Shown here in pieces: positions 40,962-54,855 of a DNA stretch of 64,000 nucleotides. This stretch comes from Octopus sinensis (taxonomy: Eukaryota), in assembly GCF_006345805.1 (NCBI RefSeq), contig NC_043006.1, positions 98,022,001 through 98,086,000 of the forward strand. Reading direction: 5' to 3'. The stretch's first letter is position 1, and every line of letters starts with the position of its first letter. The notes under the pieces are model-generated. The model had not been told where the DNA came from and did not search any database. It saw only the letters and a list, made by a program, of their open reading frames with translations. The translations under genes were made by a program, and so were the position numbers.

Positions 40962-41226
40962 ATATATATATATAATCAATAATAAAAGGGTAAAATTAAT
41001 TAATTGTTAATTAATTTTACCAAGTAGTGTTCAGTATGTAAAAAGACCATTTACGGTATATTTAAAACATTACGTTATATAATTAGGGTTCAGGAAAATA
41101 ATTTACTTTACCACACACCGAACTTATAGTAGAAGAAATAGCTAAGATTTTTTTGCTGCTATTTCTAAAAGTTCGGTGTGTGGTAAAGTAAATTATTTTT
41201 ACTGAACCCTAATTATATAACGTAAT
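40209..41226. repeat. Cluster of nested inverted repeats (foldback-like)
   Basis: 40214-40250/40834-40870 (37 bp, 1 mismatch); 40706-40753/41123-41170; 41069-41125/41169-41226 (57-58 bp). Confidence 0.85.
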
Positions 41227-41308
41227 ATATATATATATGTATATATTCATGTATGTATATGTATGTGTGTTTATATACGTATATATATATATATATTATA
41301 TATATATA

Positions 41309-41382
<74 letters not shown>

Positions 41383-41579
41383 GATCATTGCTTCATCTTG
41401 ACAGATGTTAGCCGTCTCATCAACATATGTACTACACCCCAAAACACAACACAATCCCCCCGTTAATGATCTCTCAGGTGACATGTAAAACCAGCTGTTG
41501 AATGACAGGGTTTAAAACACAATTACAGATATTATTCAAGTTTCTCCTACATCTTTGCCCTTTGAGATTTGATTCTGAA

Positions 41580-42065
41580 GGATTTTGTTTGAACTAGCAA
41601 ATGTCTTTTAAGTCCAGATATTGTCTTACAAGTTCTGTGACATGTAACACAAGTCATAAAAGGCTGTTGTTCAAGTTTATTCCCTACTTACGGATTTCCA
41701 TTTTCTTGTGAATTCCCATGATTCACGTATCCTGCTTTTGACAACATCACACGAACATACATAATACATATCCAATGTTAACTGTAGATTTTAGTTCCAA
41801 TTGTTCGTTTGTGAGAAGCCTTTTAAGCTCAAAGTACTGAATTACCTTTTCATCCCAGGCGTTGCAACCAGTTCTAACAGCACCTCTCCAATTGTTCCGA
41901 TTCAGAAATTTTAATTTCCAATCATTCTTGTTCATATTTACTTTCTTCGGGTTTTCCGCTACACCTTCTTTATACCTTTTCCTCGGTTTATGTTGCGGTC
42001 CCTTAGCAATTCGTTCATCTTTCAATCTAATAATACGTGCAGCCTATCTCATCTGATCCAAGATT
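41580..42065 (-). mobile_element. RTE-clade LINE 3' fragment
   Basis: DQMR*AARIIRLKDERI..HKPRKRYKE..NRNNWRGAVRTGC, then C2H2-like relics LSKAGYVNH and CVTCHRTCKTISGLKRH. Confidence 0.75.
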
Positions 42066-42125
42066 AATTCAACTTCAACGTGTTATTCGCAAAACTTGTA
42101 TATACATTCATGCGTGCACACACAC

Positions 42126-42161
<36 letters not shown>

Positions 42162-43444
42162 ACACACACACACACTCACACACACACAAGTGCGTATGTT
42201 GTAATATGTAATACCTACATGAAGGAAATGAACATGAAAACGTGATTTTGTTCCGTTGTAACATCTATGTCTACGCTATTAGATTTACAACCCTAACAGT
42301 GTTTTTGAGACAAAATTAAAAATATGTTTACAAAGAATCAACTAATTCATAGACAGTATGGTGTAGGAGTAAATTTTCCATCGGCCATAATTGATAAATA
42401 TTCCATCTGAGTAACTCTTCAGAGTAAGCCAAACATCTCATCATAATCTCTGATAGTTTTACTCTTCCCACAAACAGTACTATAATAACGAATGTTGAGA
42501 TGAGGAAATTAAGAGTGGGCATTTGTATTGAAATAGTAAACAAATTTCTTTACATCGTTGGTGGTAGAATATAATATAAGCAAACACTTTCTTGATCTCT
42601 AAAATGAACAACTTCTGTTAATAACGCGGAACAAGAGACTAAGACAATAAATTAGAAATAAATAAGTTTACGAATACTGTGTTTCGTATACAAAGAGAAA
42701 TTACTAGAATAAGGAAAACCAAATTTATTTAGAAAATATGACATGAAATTAAAAGATAAAGATTGATAACTTAGGGCAGTATTTTGGCAATAGTTCTAAA
42801 TAACAAATTAAGTTAAGAGTGGACAAACATTTAAAGAAGAAATATTCAATAGATTATTAAATAATTTAGACCGAGAGCTTAAATACTCTCCAACTTTGTA
42901 AATGGAGAATTATTAGGAGAGACATGCAGAATATCAGTGCATATATTCTGAAAATATTATCACGAAACAAAACTTGTCACAAAACTGTGAACAGGTATAA
43001 CAAACTGATAAGAATGTCAAATATTCCTATAAATACGTTTACCAAAATATGTCAGACAAACTATGCTAAACCTCTCATATTAACATTGCTCAGAATATAG
43101 GAATTATGCAACAGAAATATATGATATAAATCGTATGAAGACAAGTGATTTATTTTATACTGTCTCTCAAAGTTACATATATATATATATAAATGTATGC
43201 ATGTATATATACAATGAGATATACATTGTAGTAAACTAGATTTAATGCACTTTTCCTTATCCTATGATGTCCATGTTATTTGAGATGTCATCAAACATAT
43301 GCAGATTAGTAAAACTCCGGCAGCACCAGATCTATGAGGTGCACCCGGCAAAAGGCCACCGTATAATTTTTAAAGTTTATTGAACAAGAAAGACCTAATT
43401 ATAAATACAAAAGATTAGTAACAAAAGTTTGCAGAAATATTGGT

Positions 43445-43625
43445 TTCAAATTTTGGCATAAGGCCACTAATTTCGGAGGATGGGTAAGTCAATTACATCG
43501 ATGCCAGTTTGCAACTGGTACTTATTTTATCGTTCTCGAAACAATGAAAGGCAAAGTCAACCTCGCTGGAATTGCAACTCAGAACGTAAAGGCGGACGAA
43601 ATGTCGCTAAGCATTTTGCCCGGCG
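43445..43625 (-). mobile_element. SINE family B, degenerate
   Basis: actggtacttattttatcg...aaaggcaaagtcaacctcg...ctcagaacgt...gacgaaatg..ctaagcatt. Confidence 0.75.
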
Positions 43626-44510
43626 GAAATGTGCAGAAGATATTAATAACACTTATGTACTGAATAGTGTTGTAACTTTCATAACTAAATGTATAAAGGC
43701 TGAAACATAACGTTTGCTGAAAATATTAACTATAGACTTCTTACCCAAGAAACCAATCAAATGTCAGCTCTATAACAACTTCCGAATTTTCTTAATTATT
43801 AAATATAGTCACTGTACATTGCTGTTTGGCCAAAAGGCGTCGAAATAGCACAGGCCTGGAACATTCACTCGATCTAATAGTGGATATAGTGTTAGGACAA
43901 GTGATGCAGTGGAAAAACTTATTAAATTAAATGAAGGTGATCTCATTAACTTAGTTCCTTCCCTAAATTTCCCCGCTAAGTTATATCACACCAGAAATGC
44001 GGTAACATTTATATTTTCAATGTGCAACGAAAATAAACTGATAGGGGATAATACCGTAGATACAACAGAGAGAGATTTACATTTTCTGCATTGTTGATGC
44101 CTATCCTCTCTCGGTATTTTATGAGCAGCTGTATGCTCAAAAGTGGTCCAACCATGCACATCCCGTCTTTTCCTTCAGTATTGTGTATCGAATACCATAT
44201 TATGAAACATTTTCTCTGCTGAGCTGATAGAAACTTTGATTATAGATCTTGTAAGTCCCTGCTTAAAAGCAGGGACTCTTTCATTAATATGAGTAAATTT
44301 TACAAGTAAATCGTATTCTTATTTACTGTAATTCTCGCAGCAATTCTTGGGCCTGATGCAGGAAAACTTTGACAATGTTTTGCAAATCGAACAATAACCG
44401 ACTAATCACGAACAATTAAAAAACAAAATTAACGAAAGTATAAGAACGGCAAAGTAAGCAGTAGCAACAGACAAAATAAGAATAAAAAGTGGAACACATA
44501 AAATCAGGAG

Positions 44511-44697
44511 TGTTTCAGTCATTTGACTGCGGCTACGCTGGAGCACCTTCTCTAGTCGAGCAAATCGACCCCATGACATATTCTTTGTAAATCCTGTACT
44601 TATTCTAGCGTTGTCTTTTGCCGAGCTGCTAAGTTACGGGGACGTAAACACACACACACCAGCATCGGTTGTCAAGCCATGGTGGGGGAACAAACAG

Positions 44698-44768
<71 letters not shown>

Positions 44769-44929
44769 CGACTGGCTTCTTTTAGTTTCTGTCTACCAAA
44801 TCCACTCACAAGGCTTTGGTCGGCCAGAGGATATAGTAGAAGACGCATGACCAAGGTGCCATGAAGTGGCACTTAACACGGAACCATGTGACTGGTAAGC
44901 AAGCTACTTACCACGCAACCACACGTGCC
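44511..44929 (-). mobile_element. SINE family A
   Basis: Reverse complement of the family A copies, with an expanded internal (CA)(TA) tract. Confidence 0.9.
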
Positions 44930-45954
44930 GAAAATTAGAAAATTTTGTCCGAGGAAGTTTAGAATTCAGAAACCGTAAGAAACTAGGCGAAATAAGAATG
45001 AATGTAGATTAGTATTATTCATTCCGTAAATACCAAGGGATTTGTAAGTTTGTATTTTCTTGCATTTGTTATTAGTTTGGTTATAGTTATTACACATTCC
45101 CTTTGAAATTGGGTATCACTACTTACTATGTAGAATTGCTGGTTTAATTAGATTGTTTAATTTCTATGCCAGCAAGGGATACCTAGAAAGAATAGGATTT
45201 ATATTGTTTTATAACTTCATAGAATACCATTTGTAAAACTAGCAATAATGCCGCAGGGATGGAGGACACTGCGATATAATTATAACCATTGAAAACGCCT
45301 AAGGAATAGGAACAAATGTATTGGATTTGATAATTTTAGATGAACTAAGCATACTAAATGAGAAATTAGCTGTTATTATTTAGACCTACCTTTATCTAGA
45401 TTCAAAGCCTCTATGTTCAGTTTGTGTTTCAGTCATGACCGAACTATTTTAAAGAGGTTTATGTACTGTTATTCATATATCAAGTACATTTTAAGGGTGA
45501 TAAGGATGCTCTTTCAGGCAGTTTGTGAAACCAAATGGATCGATGGAAATATGTTCCATGGAATAGTACCGACATTGTTACGTTCATTTCACGCCGATCA
45601 AGTGACAATTTTCTTGCGTATCATATATTTTAAAACTGTATAATGGTATAGAGAATTTGTCTGGCCACACTCGATTTCTATGAAATATTTGAACAGGCTT
45701 TTGAGTCTTCTATTTCTTGGAGGCAAGAGGAGCTATGAGGAGTCCGTACGAGATTCACATGCCTCGGTGTAATAAGAGAAACATTGGTAAGTGAATATTA
45801 CGTATCTGTGTTTCAGTGAAAATTGACAGCACAAGTAAAAATCAAACGAAAATACATTAATCCAACTATTAACGTAAATGCTAGGTAAGAGGTTATGAGA
45901 GTAAGTGATAGAGAGCAATGCTATTAGCTGTTACGATTTTTATCGGACATGGAA

Positions 45955-46050
45955 GAATGAAATCAATGCTGACCTCGGCTGGATTTCAACTCAGAACGCA
46001 AACTTTAGGAACAATTACTGCTAGGTATTTCTCCGATGTTCTAACGATGC
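45955..46050 (-). mobile_element. SINE family B head fragment
   Basis: gacctcggctggatttcaactcagaacg...ctaacgat. Confidence 0.6.
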
Positions 46051-47639
46051 TGTTACTCGATTGCCTACCTGTCATTAGAAATAATTAAATTTCTGAAATC
46101 TCCATTTAGCTACTGTTCCTACGAGTTTGGATCATAGAACAACTAATATCCATTGACCTGTTCATTGAATTTGGACGTGATTGAAATATAAAGTGAGTAA
46201 AATTGAAATGTTCCTGCAATAATAATCTTAAGATTGCGTAATTGTGAAATTCAGGAGAAATTGAATCTCACAGTGCTTGAAATGCCACATTAACTAATCA
46301 ATTTTATAGGTTTGTCACCATTACAATTTTCTCAATCGCATTTGTAATCATTTCCCATCTGCGTAGCTTAAATATATTAAAAATCCCAATCATCAATCCA
46401 TCGACGCCTATATCTCCAACAGATAAATGGATCCATCGGATTGAGCTATGACAATAAACTTATTATCTCATTGAACCCGAAGAATATGTATAGAACCTAA
46501 ATATGCTGTAAATGAAAAATATATATGAAAGCGGAATTGAAGTATTTGCCTGTAAGAATATCTATTCGTTCTGGATGTACATTCCATTCCTTTAGATTGT
46601 CTGGAATAGACAAAGACAATTATTTGCTGAAAAAGAAGAAAAGTTTGAAATTTTAATACAATGTGATTTGGCAAACAATTGAAATGTTATGAAATTACGT
46701 TTTTGAAATATTTGTTATGAACATATTTTAGAAAACATTTCTATATCAGTATATATCTTACGTTATTTCATTTTCTAAAAATAATGTTAAAATGTTTCAA
46801 GTAAACAAATTTGCAGAACCGATCTTTAAGAGATTTCTTGAAATCTGCTAATAGATGCTAAATGATAATGTATTTTATAGTGGATTTTTTGATAAAACAT
46901 TAATTTAATGTAAATTTTCCAAACAACTTTCCATTTTCTTAGCAAAAAGAAGAGAACAAAGATTTCATTTACGATTCCAAGTTTCGATTTCTACGAAATA
47001 TGTGAATGCAGACAGAAAAGTATTTTTTTATGACTTCAAAGATACCGTAAAGAAAAAAAAAGAGCAATGGCGGGCAAGCAACTTTTGGAGACGAAACTCG
47101 AAAATAACAATATAAATACAGAAACAGTAGTACCAGATACGGGAACAAAACTAATAAAACAAGTGTATGATAAACAGGATAATCTATAACATGAAACATT
47201 ATAAAGACATGAGTAGTTATGATGCGAAAAAATTAACAAGTATACACGAACAAAAGCAAGAGAAACAGATAAAAACGGAGCATTACATTTCTGTTTCCTC
47301 TTTTCTGTTTGCGATAAATGAGTTCTGGTAACAATTTTATAAACATTAATCCTACTATTTGGATGTAATTTTCCTTTTTTTTTTTCGTGGGAAGGAGAAA
47401 GGAAGAATGCAACATAAATGGATGTAAAGTAGTCAGCGTAGGAGGATGTAAGAATCGACGGCAGAAATAAAATGTGACGTAATTATTGTAGAAGAAAAAA
47501 AAAGTAGCTGCAACGTAACAAGTGAAAGTTTTGGTATGTAGGAAGATGGAGAAATACAGACACTGGTAAATATAGATGTAAAGCTGAGACAGAATATTGG
47601 AGAGAATACAGGAAAGAGATCATTATTATATATTGATTT

Positions 47640-47838
47640 CAATATTTTGGCAAAAGGCCATCAAGTTCAGGGGAGGATGCAAGTCAATTACATCGACCCC
47701 GCTGTTCAACTGGTTCTTATTTTACCGATCCCGAAAGCTGAAACGCGATGTCGACCTTGGCGGAATTTGAACTCATAACGGACGAAATGCCATTAAGCAT
47801 TTTACTCGAAATGCTAACAATTCTTTCAGCTCACTGCC
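47640..47838 (-). mobile_element. SINE family B, degenerate
   Basis: attacatcgacccc...gtcgaccttggcggaatttgaactc...gacgaaatgcc..taagcatt. Confidence 0.75.
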
Positions 47839-48097
47839 TTAATCATTGTGATATATTAGATGCAACTCGTATCTGCGTCGTCCATTATGTCGTTTGCGAC
47901 TTTATATTCCAATGAAAAATCAGTGACTCAAGTCTGCCAGGATTTTCAGCATCTCCGTTCTAATTTAGTGTTTTAATCAGGTTTTATAGAAGAATACTAA
48001 CAGTCCACATCTCCGCAGGAATTTTCCCCAAATGCCTTGTTTGCAATAGTGGTTACCGACACAGTCATTAGTACTTGCTAGATAAGCAGAGAAAGAA

Positions 48098-48142
<45 letters not shown>

Positions 48143-48264
48143 GAGAAAAGTAAACAGTACAAGCGAAAGTGAATATTAACGAGATATGACTAAGCAACTA
48201 GTGAAGGCTGAGTTTTCCCATCACAAGTGTTACTTTATATGTATATATATATATATATATATAT

Positions 48265-48572
48265 CACCGTGATCACTGTGACCGACCAGGCCATCAGATG
48301 TTGTTACACATCGCTGGTCACAATGCGCTTCGCATTGTTTAACCTTGAAATGACGCCACCCCGCTGGCTAAGCGAGCAGGCCAACAGAAGACAGAGTGAG
48401 AGAAAGTTGTGGCGAAAGAGTACAGCAGGGATCACCACCATCCCCTGCCGGAGCCTCGTGGAGCTTTAGGTGTTTTCGTTCAATAAACACTCACAACGCC
48501 CGGTCTGGTAATCGAAACCGCGATCCTACGACCGCGAGTCCGCTGCCCTAACCACTAGGCCATTGCGCCTCC
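48265..48572 (-). mobile_element. SINE family C with an alternative 3' module
   Basis: Head ggaggcgcaatggcctagtggttagggcagcggactcgcgg...ggtttcgattacc; the 3' part differs from the 39911 copy. Confidence 0.85.
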
Positions 48573-48834
48573 ACACATATATATATATATGATCCTTAAC
48601 ACCTCTGCCCCTTAATACTGTAGCTGATGTAGTTCTCTGTTATATGCGACTTCAAGATGTTCACAGATGACTGTCGTTTCCAAGATCTGCAAGAAGCCCT
48701 CTTTAAAAGTTCTGTGCTCAGAGGTGCTGCGTCATCTTGAATATCTCGTCCTTTTGTATAAAGACTGATCGTTTTTGAAATAGGTCAGATTGTGTTTTGA
48801 GGCAGATGTAGCTTATAGCTATAGCAGTGAAAAC

Positions 48835-49085
48835 GCATGGCTTAGTGGTTATGGTCTTTGGCTCATGATCGTAATATTGTGGTTTCCATTCCTGGACCGG
48901 GCGGCACATTTTGTTCTTGAGCAAAGCACTTCGTTTCACGTTGCTCCAGTCCACTAAGCGCACAAAAATAAGTAAACCTGCTACGGACCGGCGTCCCTTC
49001 CGGATGGGGAATATATACGCCTCGAAACCAGGAAACCGGCCCTTATGAGTCGGTAAGACTCGAGAAGGTAGATTTACCTTTATGT
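48835..49085 (+). mobile_element. SINE family D (tRNA head, CORE-like ttgagcaaagcactt domain)
   Basis: Head and core shared with 56580-56877; 3' module shared with 39911-40197. Confidence 0.75.
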
Positions 49086-51184
49086 TTATATCTACAGCAG
49101 ACATTTTAGACTATTTAGAAGCAAATATATTGTTTAAATGATCAAGGAGTAGTTTTCATTGTCGATTTAATTTGTCCTCCAGAAGAAAATCTAGATATTT
49201 AACTTCAACTATCTATATAAATCACATTTCGATTCTTTGGAAATATTCTGGATAATTAAATTGGCAGAATATGCAATTTGGTTAACCATTCCTTTTTAAA
49301 ATCAAAATATACAACTATAATTCATCAGATTAAAATTCCAAAGAGATAACCAACTTGGAACTATTGATGTTTGAAGCTTGTAATAACCTCCTCATTATTT
49401 TACACTTATTCAAACAACTAACTCATGAATATATGGTCTTTAACGTTACAGGTAACACATGACGTTATCATGGGAAATCGATGTGGATTACATAATTAAA
49501 AAACACAACGAGTCTGTTCCTTTAACTTTTTAAAAATATATTTGAATTTGCTTCGTTCTGACTAGTGTGGTAATGGCGAAAGAGAAAAATATCTTTCACT
49601 TTTAGAAATATAATGATATGGTTTTGGCAAGTTTAATTATATATATTTGAAATTTAGAATAAATTATAAGTCCTTATGATGGAAGATACATTAACAGAAA
49701 ATGCTGATCGATAATGTAGAAATATTGTAAAATAATCAATTGTCTTCTGTGACATTGCGTTATTGATCCGGAAAAGAGAACACAGACGTGTCTCTTTGTT
49801 TCAAACTATCGTATTTTCCACGCTAGTTGCACAATCATTCACAGGAGATCAAAATTAGAAGTCGCATATAGAAAAAGAAAGAAAATCAAGAATATTGGAA
49901 TCAGCCTGTTGATTCTTTGTGATTTTGGTTGATATTTTCAGTCTGCCGGCAAAATCAAGATGAAATTGATTGATATTTTTAATCGACTTCTTTTTGATGT
50001 CTTCATATGAAGCTATGCCATTTTCTACACGAATCAACAGCTCCACTAATATAATTGAAATTAAGCCTGGCTAAAATAGAATAATTGATGAAAATGATAG
50101 CTATACACGTCGATAGAATGGTAGTCTGCTGGAGATGGTGCTAATGACTAACACAGCATCACGTAAATAGTGCATCGGAGTGATATTTAGTTTTCATTGC
50201 TTCATTTCACCTAGCTGTATATTACCTTGCTGGGCAACTTTAATGAGCCCAGAATTATGAAATACGCCACCGACGGCTGCAGCGTTTCAATACTGAATTT
50301 TCAGAGATGTAGCTGAATATTGCATTGTGTTTTGTGTTCGTCTTTTTTGCACTCCAAGCATAATATTATTTTAATGATAACATTAATTTATACTTCATCC
50401 TCTTTTAATGTTATTCGATTCCGACGAACTCTAGTAACAGGATCTGCAATTGCAGAATAAAGCTACACGAACGTCTACTGCAAGACATATTATCTTTTTA
50501 GTCATAAATCTCTCGTTTCTGAAACTTCAACATGCTACAATAAAAATATTGTATCGTTGACATATGTTAAACTAGCGTACGTCCAAATTTGGCCAAATAC
50601 GTTTTTTATCTCAGTATTTAATTTTTCTTGGAATAGCCTATTTTTTGGTCAAACTATCGTATCTCCAGCAGCTTCAGATGCCAACATTTTAAAATTCTCA
50701 AAGTGTAGTACAATGGTATTTTCCTGGTTTAGCATTTTTCAAAACTGTAGTAAGTCCCACATATGACCGTTTTGCAAAAATAGTTCAGACTGAAAATCTC
50801 ATGCAAACATGGAGTTACAATTTTCTGCATCCGACGAAATATTATTTTAAAGCTGAAATTGTTGCTTATGTCAAAAGTAATGGAATTGTGAAACTATTTT
50901 TCCGTTTTCTGAAAAGGCAACATTTTAGAGTTATGTCACTTTTGCATAGGCGCAACGATACATACCGTACGATTTTCATGTTCTAATAGGTGTATAACAA
51001 CTCTAATGTCTTCAGAGAGGATTTTTCCTGGTTAAATTTAAATAGCTATATAATAACAGAAAGGCTTTTAGAAAATTGTGGTCTCGTTGAAATCATGAAA
51101 TGACATAACCCTTGCTGTAATGCAGATGATCCTGCGCAATAGGGGCTATACATTCCAACTTCATTACAATGTGAATTTTGATTT

Positions 51185-51610
51185 GAACATACTGATAGAT
51201 GGTATGAACATAAATCTAGTAAAGTTCTAGAAAGTACTAAATACAAGATATTTTAGGGCTTTAACATTCAGACTGAAGCTAGAAAGCCAAATTTCGTAGT
51301 AGTAAATAAAGGGAATATAATGCCCCAGATGATTCCCAAGTAATGGAAAACTTATGAGAAATATGCAAAAAATGGAAAAGTACCAGGATCTAGCTATTGA
51401 ATTACAGAAACTATGGAAAGTGCGGGTAAAATGTATCCCAGTAGTTATAGGAGCATTGAGAACTATCCCTAAAATCTGTACAGATGGATAGAGGAAAAGT
51501 GCATCAAGCCCAGTTCAGTAAAGCTCCAAAATTCAGTGCTATTAGGGACTGCTACGATACTTAGGAGGGTTCTTGGCAAGCAAGTTTACTTGTTCTAGCC
51601 CGATGTTAGT
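51185..51610 (+). mobile_element. R4-clade 3' fragment (RLE region), followed by TAA/CAA repeats
   Basis: RWYEHKSSKVLES..EKYQDLAIELQKLWKVRVKCIPVVIGAL..LQNSVLLGTATILRRVLG. Confidence 0.8.
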
Positions 51611-51921
51611 CTAATAGGTTGAGTGTAGAAGAAAATAATATCAATATTAATAATAATAAAAGTAACAACAACAACAACAACAACAACAACAATAATAATA
51701 ATAATCATAATAATAATAATAATAATAATAATAATCTCAAGTTTTAAAAGAAACAATTTTCGTATGTTTTTTTTAGACATTCACTAGTACAACACTAAAT
51801 ACAAAAACAAATATATGGCATACTAGGCATAACAACATCCCTAACTTCCAATCTGTTGTCTCTTGAGGTATCTGGGTGAGACTTGGAGCCAACTTCTACA
51901 AATATAAAGCAAAAGTCAAAC

Positions 51922-51991
<70 letters not shown>

Positions 51992-51992
51992 T

Positions 51993-52430
51993 TCCCTCCC
52001 CTGTTCTCAATTCCTCCATCTGCGCAGGATCTGCAGTGACAGCCATGACTTTGAGATTGTGTTTCAACTTATGGCTCGCCACTTCATCCGAAGTGGATAT
52101 CCCCTCACCACTATCCACACCACCCTTGCCAGAGCACGTTCCGTGGATCGTGCATCTGCTCTCTCCCCCTGCACACATCCCGCCATCACCCGTCTCCCAT
52201 TTCCCCTCACATACCCCCACTCCACCGCATGTGTATGTATGTCCATGCGCGCATACGCGAATTCTATGAGCGTTTCTTTACTTTCTCCCCTTCGGTTTTT
52301 TTCCTTTATTTAACGGTCATTTTCATAGCATTTTTTTATTGTCTTGATAACTGACGAGATGCCGGAGCAGATTTCCGAACCGACATCCGAAACTCGGAGT
52401 TTTATTATGGCAACCGGATAATTGTTATGT
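51993..52430 (+). mobile_element. Penelope-like element fragment (post-RT region plus pLTR-like end), fused to (TAA)n
   Basis: SLPCSQFLHLRRICSDSHDF...FIRSGYPLTTI..ARSVDRASAL..RLPFPLTYP, followed by a hammerhead motif. Confidence 0.75.
52339..52413 (+). ncRNA. Type I hammerhead ribozyme motif (slightly degenerate)
   Basis: CUGACGA 52351-52357 and GAAAC 52389-52393. Stem I 52339-52350/52402-52413 (11 of 12 pairs including G-U). Stem II GATGcCGG/CCGaCATC. Stem III palindrome AAACTC-G-GAGTTT. GUU cleavage triplet at 52399-52401. Confidence 0.7.
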
Positions 52431-53158
52431 CGCGCGCACACATACACACACACACACACATATATATATGAAAAGAACAATGGGAATTATTCTTCTTCAA
52501 AGCCAATGTCAGTGTTCTCATTAATCGCTAGTAGTAGTAAAAACATTTGACGTTTGCTGACTCCAAGGGTGTGAGGCCTCGTTGGTCTCCTTATCACGTA
52601 GGAATGTCTGTTGCTGATATCCTCACGATCTGCCTTATATATTTACAGCCCTGTAGAATTTGCTCTATGCACCCAGCTGTTTCATTTCCGCCTAATATTT
52701 CTGCCTTCAATTCTCATATATTTATGCTTATCTCAAGTACACGACCAAAGTTCAAACTAAACAACATTTAATAATACCATGGAAATAAATGGAAATAATG
52801 ATAATAATATCAGCAACAACAACAATAATAATAGTAATTTAGCCAAAACTCGTGTTAGATCAGAGGAAATATTAAAAAATGAACAATTTTAAAGTAATAA
52901 TGGAAGGAAGCGGTTGGTATCCGCCTATGACTTAATTGATGATACATCTAGTGCAGGTGTCACAATAAAAACACTGGTAATTGGGCAACCTGATAATCGC
53001 TACCTCATATGAGTGACAATGTAAAAATCAAAATATTATGAATAACAGGTGGTAATGAAACTGAATCCCTTGATGGTGACAGTGTTGCACCTGGAAGGCT
53101 CAGATATACTGCACTGAGCCCAGCCTGTCGTTATCCAGCAAGGGACCAGCACACACCG

Positions 53159-53660
53159 CGGAGATGGAACAAGCAAGTCAACGCTGTGGTCATGAATTTT
53201 TACTACCTGACCAACCCAGTAGACGAAAATGGTGTTTATATTAGGGGATTCAGACAACGTATGTATGATCAATAGAAAGAAAGAAGACTATGTGATTAAG
53301 CTAGAGTAATGTAAAAACAACATTGGTTCACAGGAGTAGAGCTCGAAGCTATCAAATGTTGGGTATTGGAACACATCTACAGAGGAAACGATGAAAATAC
53401 ATTTCCTATTGATAAATGTAATCTCAGCAGAAAGCAGAGATGAAATCTCTAATAAACCATAGGAAGGGAACAGTGATAGCTTGTTCGATGAGAGACATAT
53501 AGATAGTTTGAAAGAAGACAATAAAACTAATGGTGACATGACAGATGGGCAAAATGCAATCTACGACAGAATAAAAGCAAGGCTACAGAAGAACGATAGC
53601 AACATGATTTCATTTGCAACATTAAAAAGTGTACTAAACAGGAAGTAGGATATTGAAAGA
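53159..53660 (+). mobile_element. R4/Dong-type N-terminal (Myb-like) coding fragment
   Basis: RRWNKQVNAVVMNFYYLTNP..RGFRQRMYDQ*KER RLCD*ARV. Confidence 0.65.
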
Positions 53661-53744
53661 CGGGGCCTGAAAGTGCTAACGAAGGAACCGAAACAGCGCC
53701 TCGTTGCAAAGAAAACAAATCTGAGGACAGTGCAAACTGAGGAC

Positions 53745-53865
53745 ATGTACGAAAAATGATAAAGATCAAACATCCAGTCAGCATCATGGCGTTTGGAGTG
53801 ATCACACGTTATGCCTCCTTTCAACTTCGCTCATAACCTCAGACTCAACATGGATGCCTACATCA
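53745..53865 (+). mobile_element. maT-like transposase fragment
   Basis: MIKIKHPVSIMAFGVIT..MPPFNFAHNLRLNMDAYI parallels 27100-27625. Confidence 0.65.
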
Positions 53866-54855
53866 ACACGGAGGCCTACATACGGGGTCCAACTGACCCT
53901 ACTATACTATATAGTCGACAAAATTTAAAAAAAGTCCATGCGTGAAAATAAAAATGGTGACAACGTACCCATCACAGCTTGTATATATGTGCGCATGTAA
54001 ATATGTGTGCTTATATGTGTGCATATATGTATTATAGAAACGCACGAATATGCAACATTCATTCATGTGCCATATATACATTGCGATGCTTGAACTCATC
54101 AAAGTGGGATCCACTATGCATTGGATCTCTTTGATTCCGAATAAGCATGTCGACTGCTTATTCAGAATCAAAAAGTAACTCACCTAAAGTATAATATCGA
54201 AATATAGTATAGAACTAAGTTTTAGATAGTGAAAGGTCTCTGAACGCCAATCGTGTCACCTTAGAAGATTCAAATGAAATGCATACTGCATTAAGGCTTT
54301 CTCTGCTGGCTTTTGGCCAAATTGTGACATTCATAAAGATATATCTGGTTCTGAATCTATCAAAAAATTATAGAAGTTAATGAAAGTTTTTCAATTTATA
54401 ATATTACATGTATAAGACCCTTCTGCATATGTATCAATAGGTTAGTGCTATAAACAGATAACATTACTTAATCTTCACCACAATGATCGATTTCATTGAT
54501 TACTCTAGTACGTTCGATAATTCATTAATTAAAGTCTATGCTATCTACATTCTGAAAGCAATTCAAACGAGAAAATCTATACGACATAAGAATTTGTTTT
54601 CCTGCATTGACTTAAATCTTGAAGATATTGTTGGCTGTATAATTATCTCGTATTTAAATGTTGTTATTGGAATTCATTGCTGCTCATCGTTACGGTGTCA
54701 ATAAAGTCCTATTCAAGTACTGGGGTGGATGATTACCCATACTCACTTTTTCTTTTAAAATTCCTGGCATTGTGCCAAAATTAATAACTACTACTACTGC
54801 TACTGCTACTGTTGTTGTTAGTTTTATTCTTACTTTTATTGTTAAAGCGGCAAAT

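Noticed and set aside
42330-43150. Possible decayed retroelement ORF
   Set aside because: Coding-like composition but no diagnostic motif recovered; a translated search is needed.
48500-48572. SINE heads as genuine tRNA genes (also 21321, 39911, 54856, 56820)
   Set aside because: They have A/B boxes but no complete acceptor stem or cloverleaf, and they continue into shared SINE bodies.
51740-51925. Possible LINE 3' UTR between two (TAA)n tracts
   Set aside because: Single copy in the window with no diagnostic motif.
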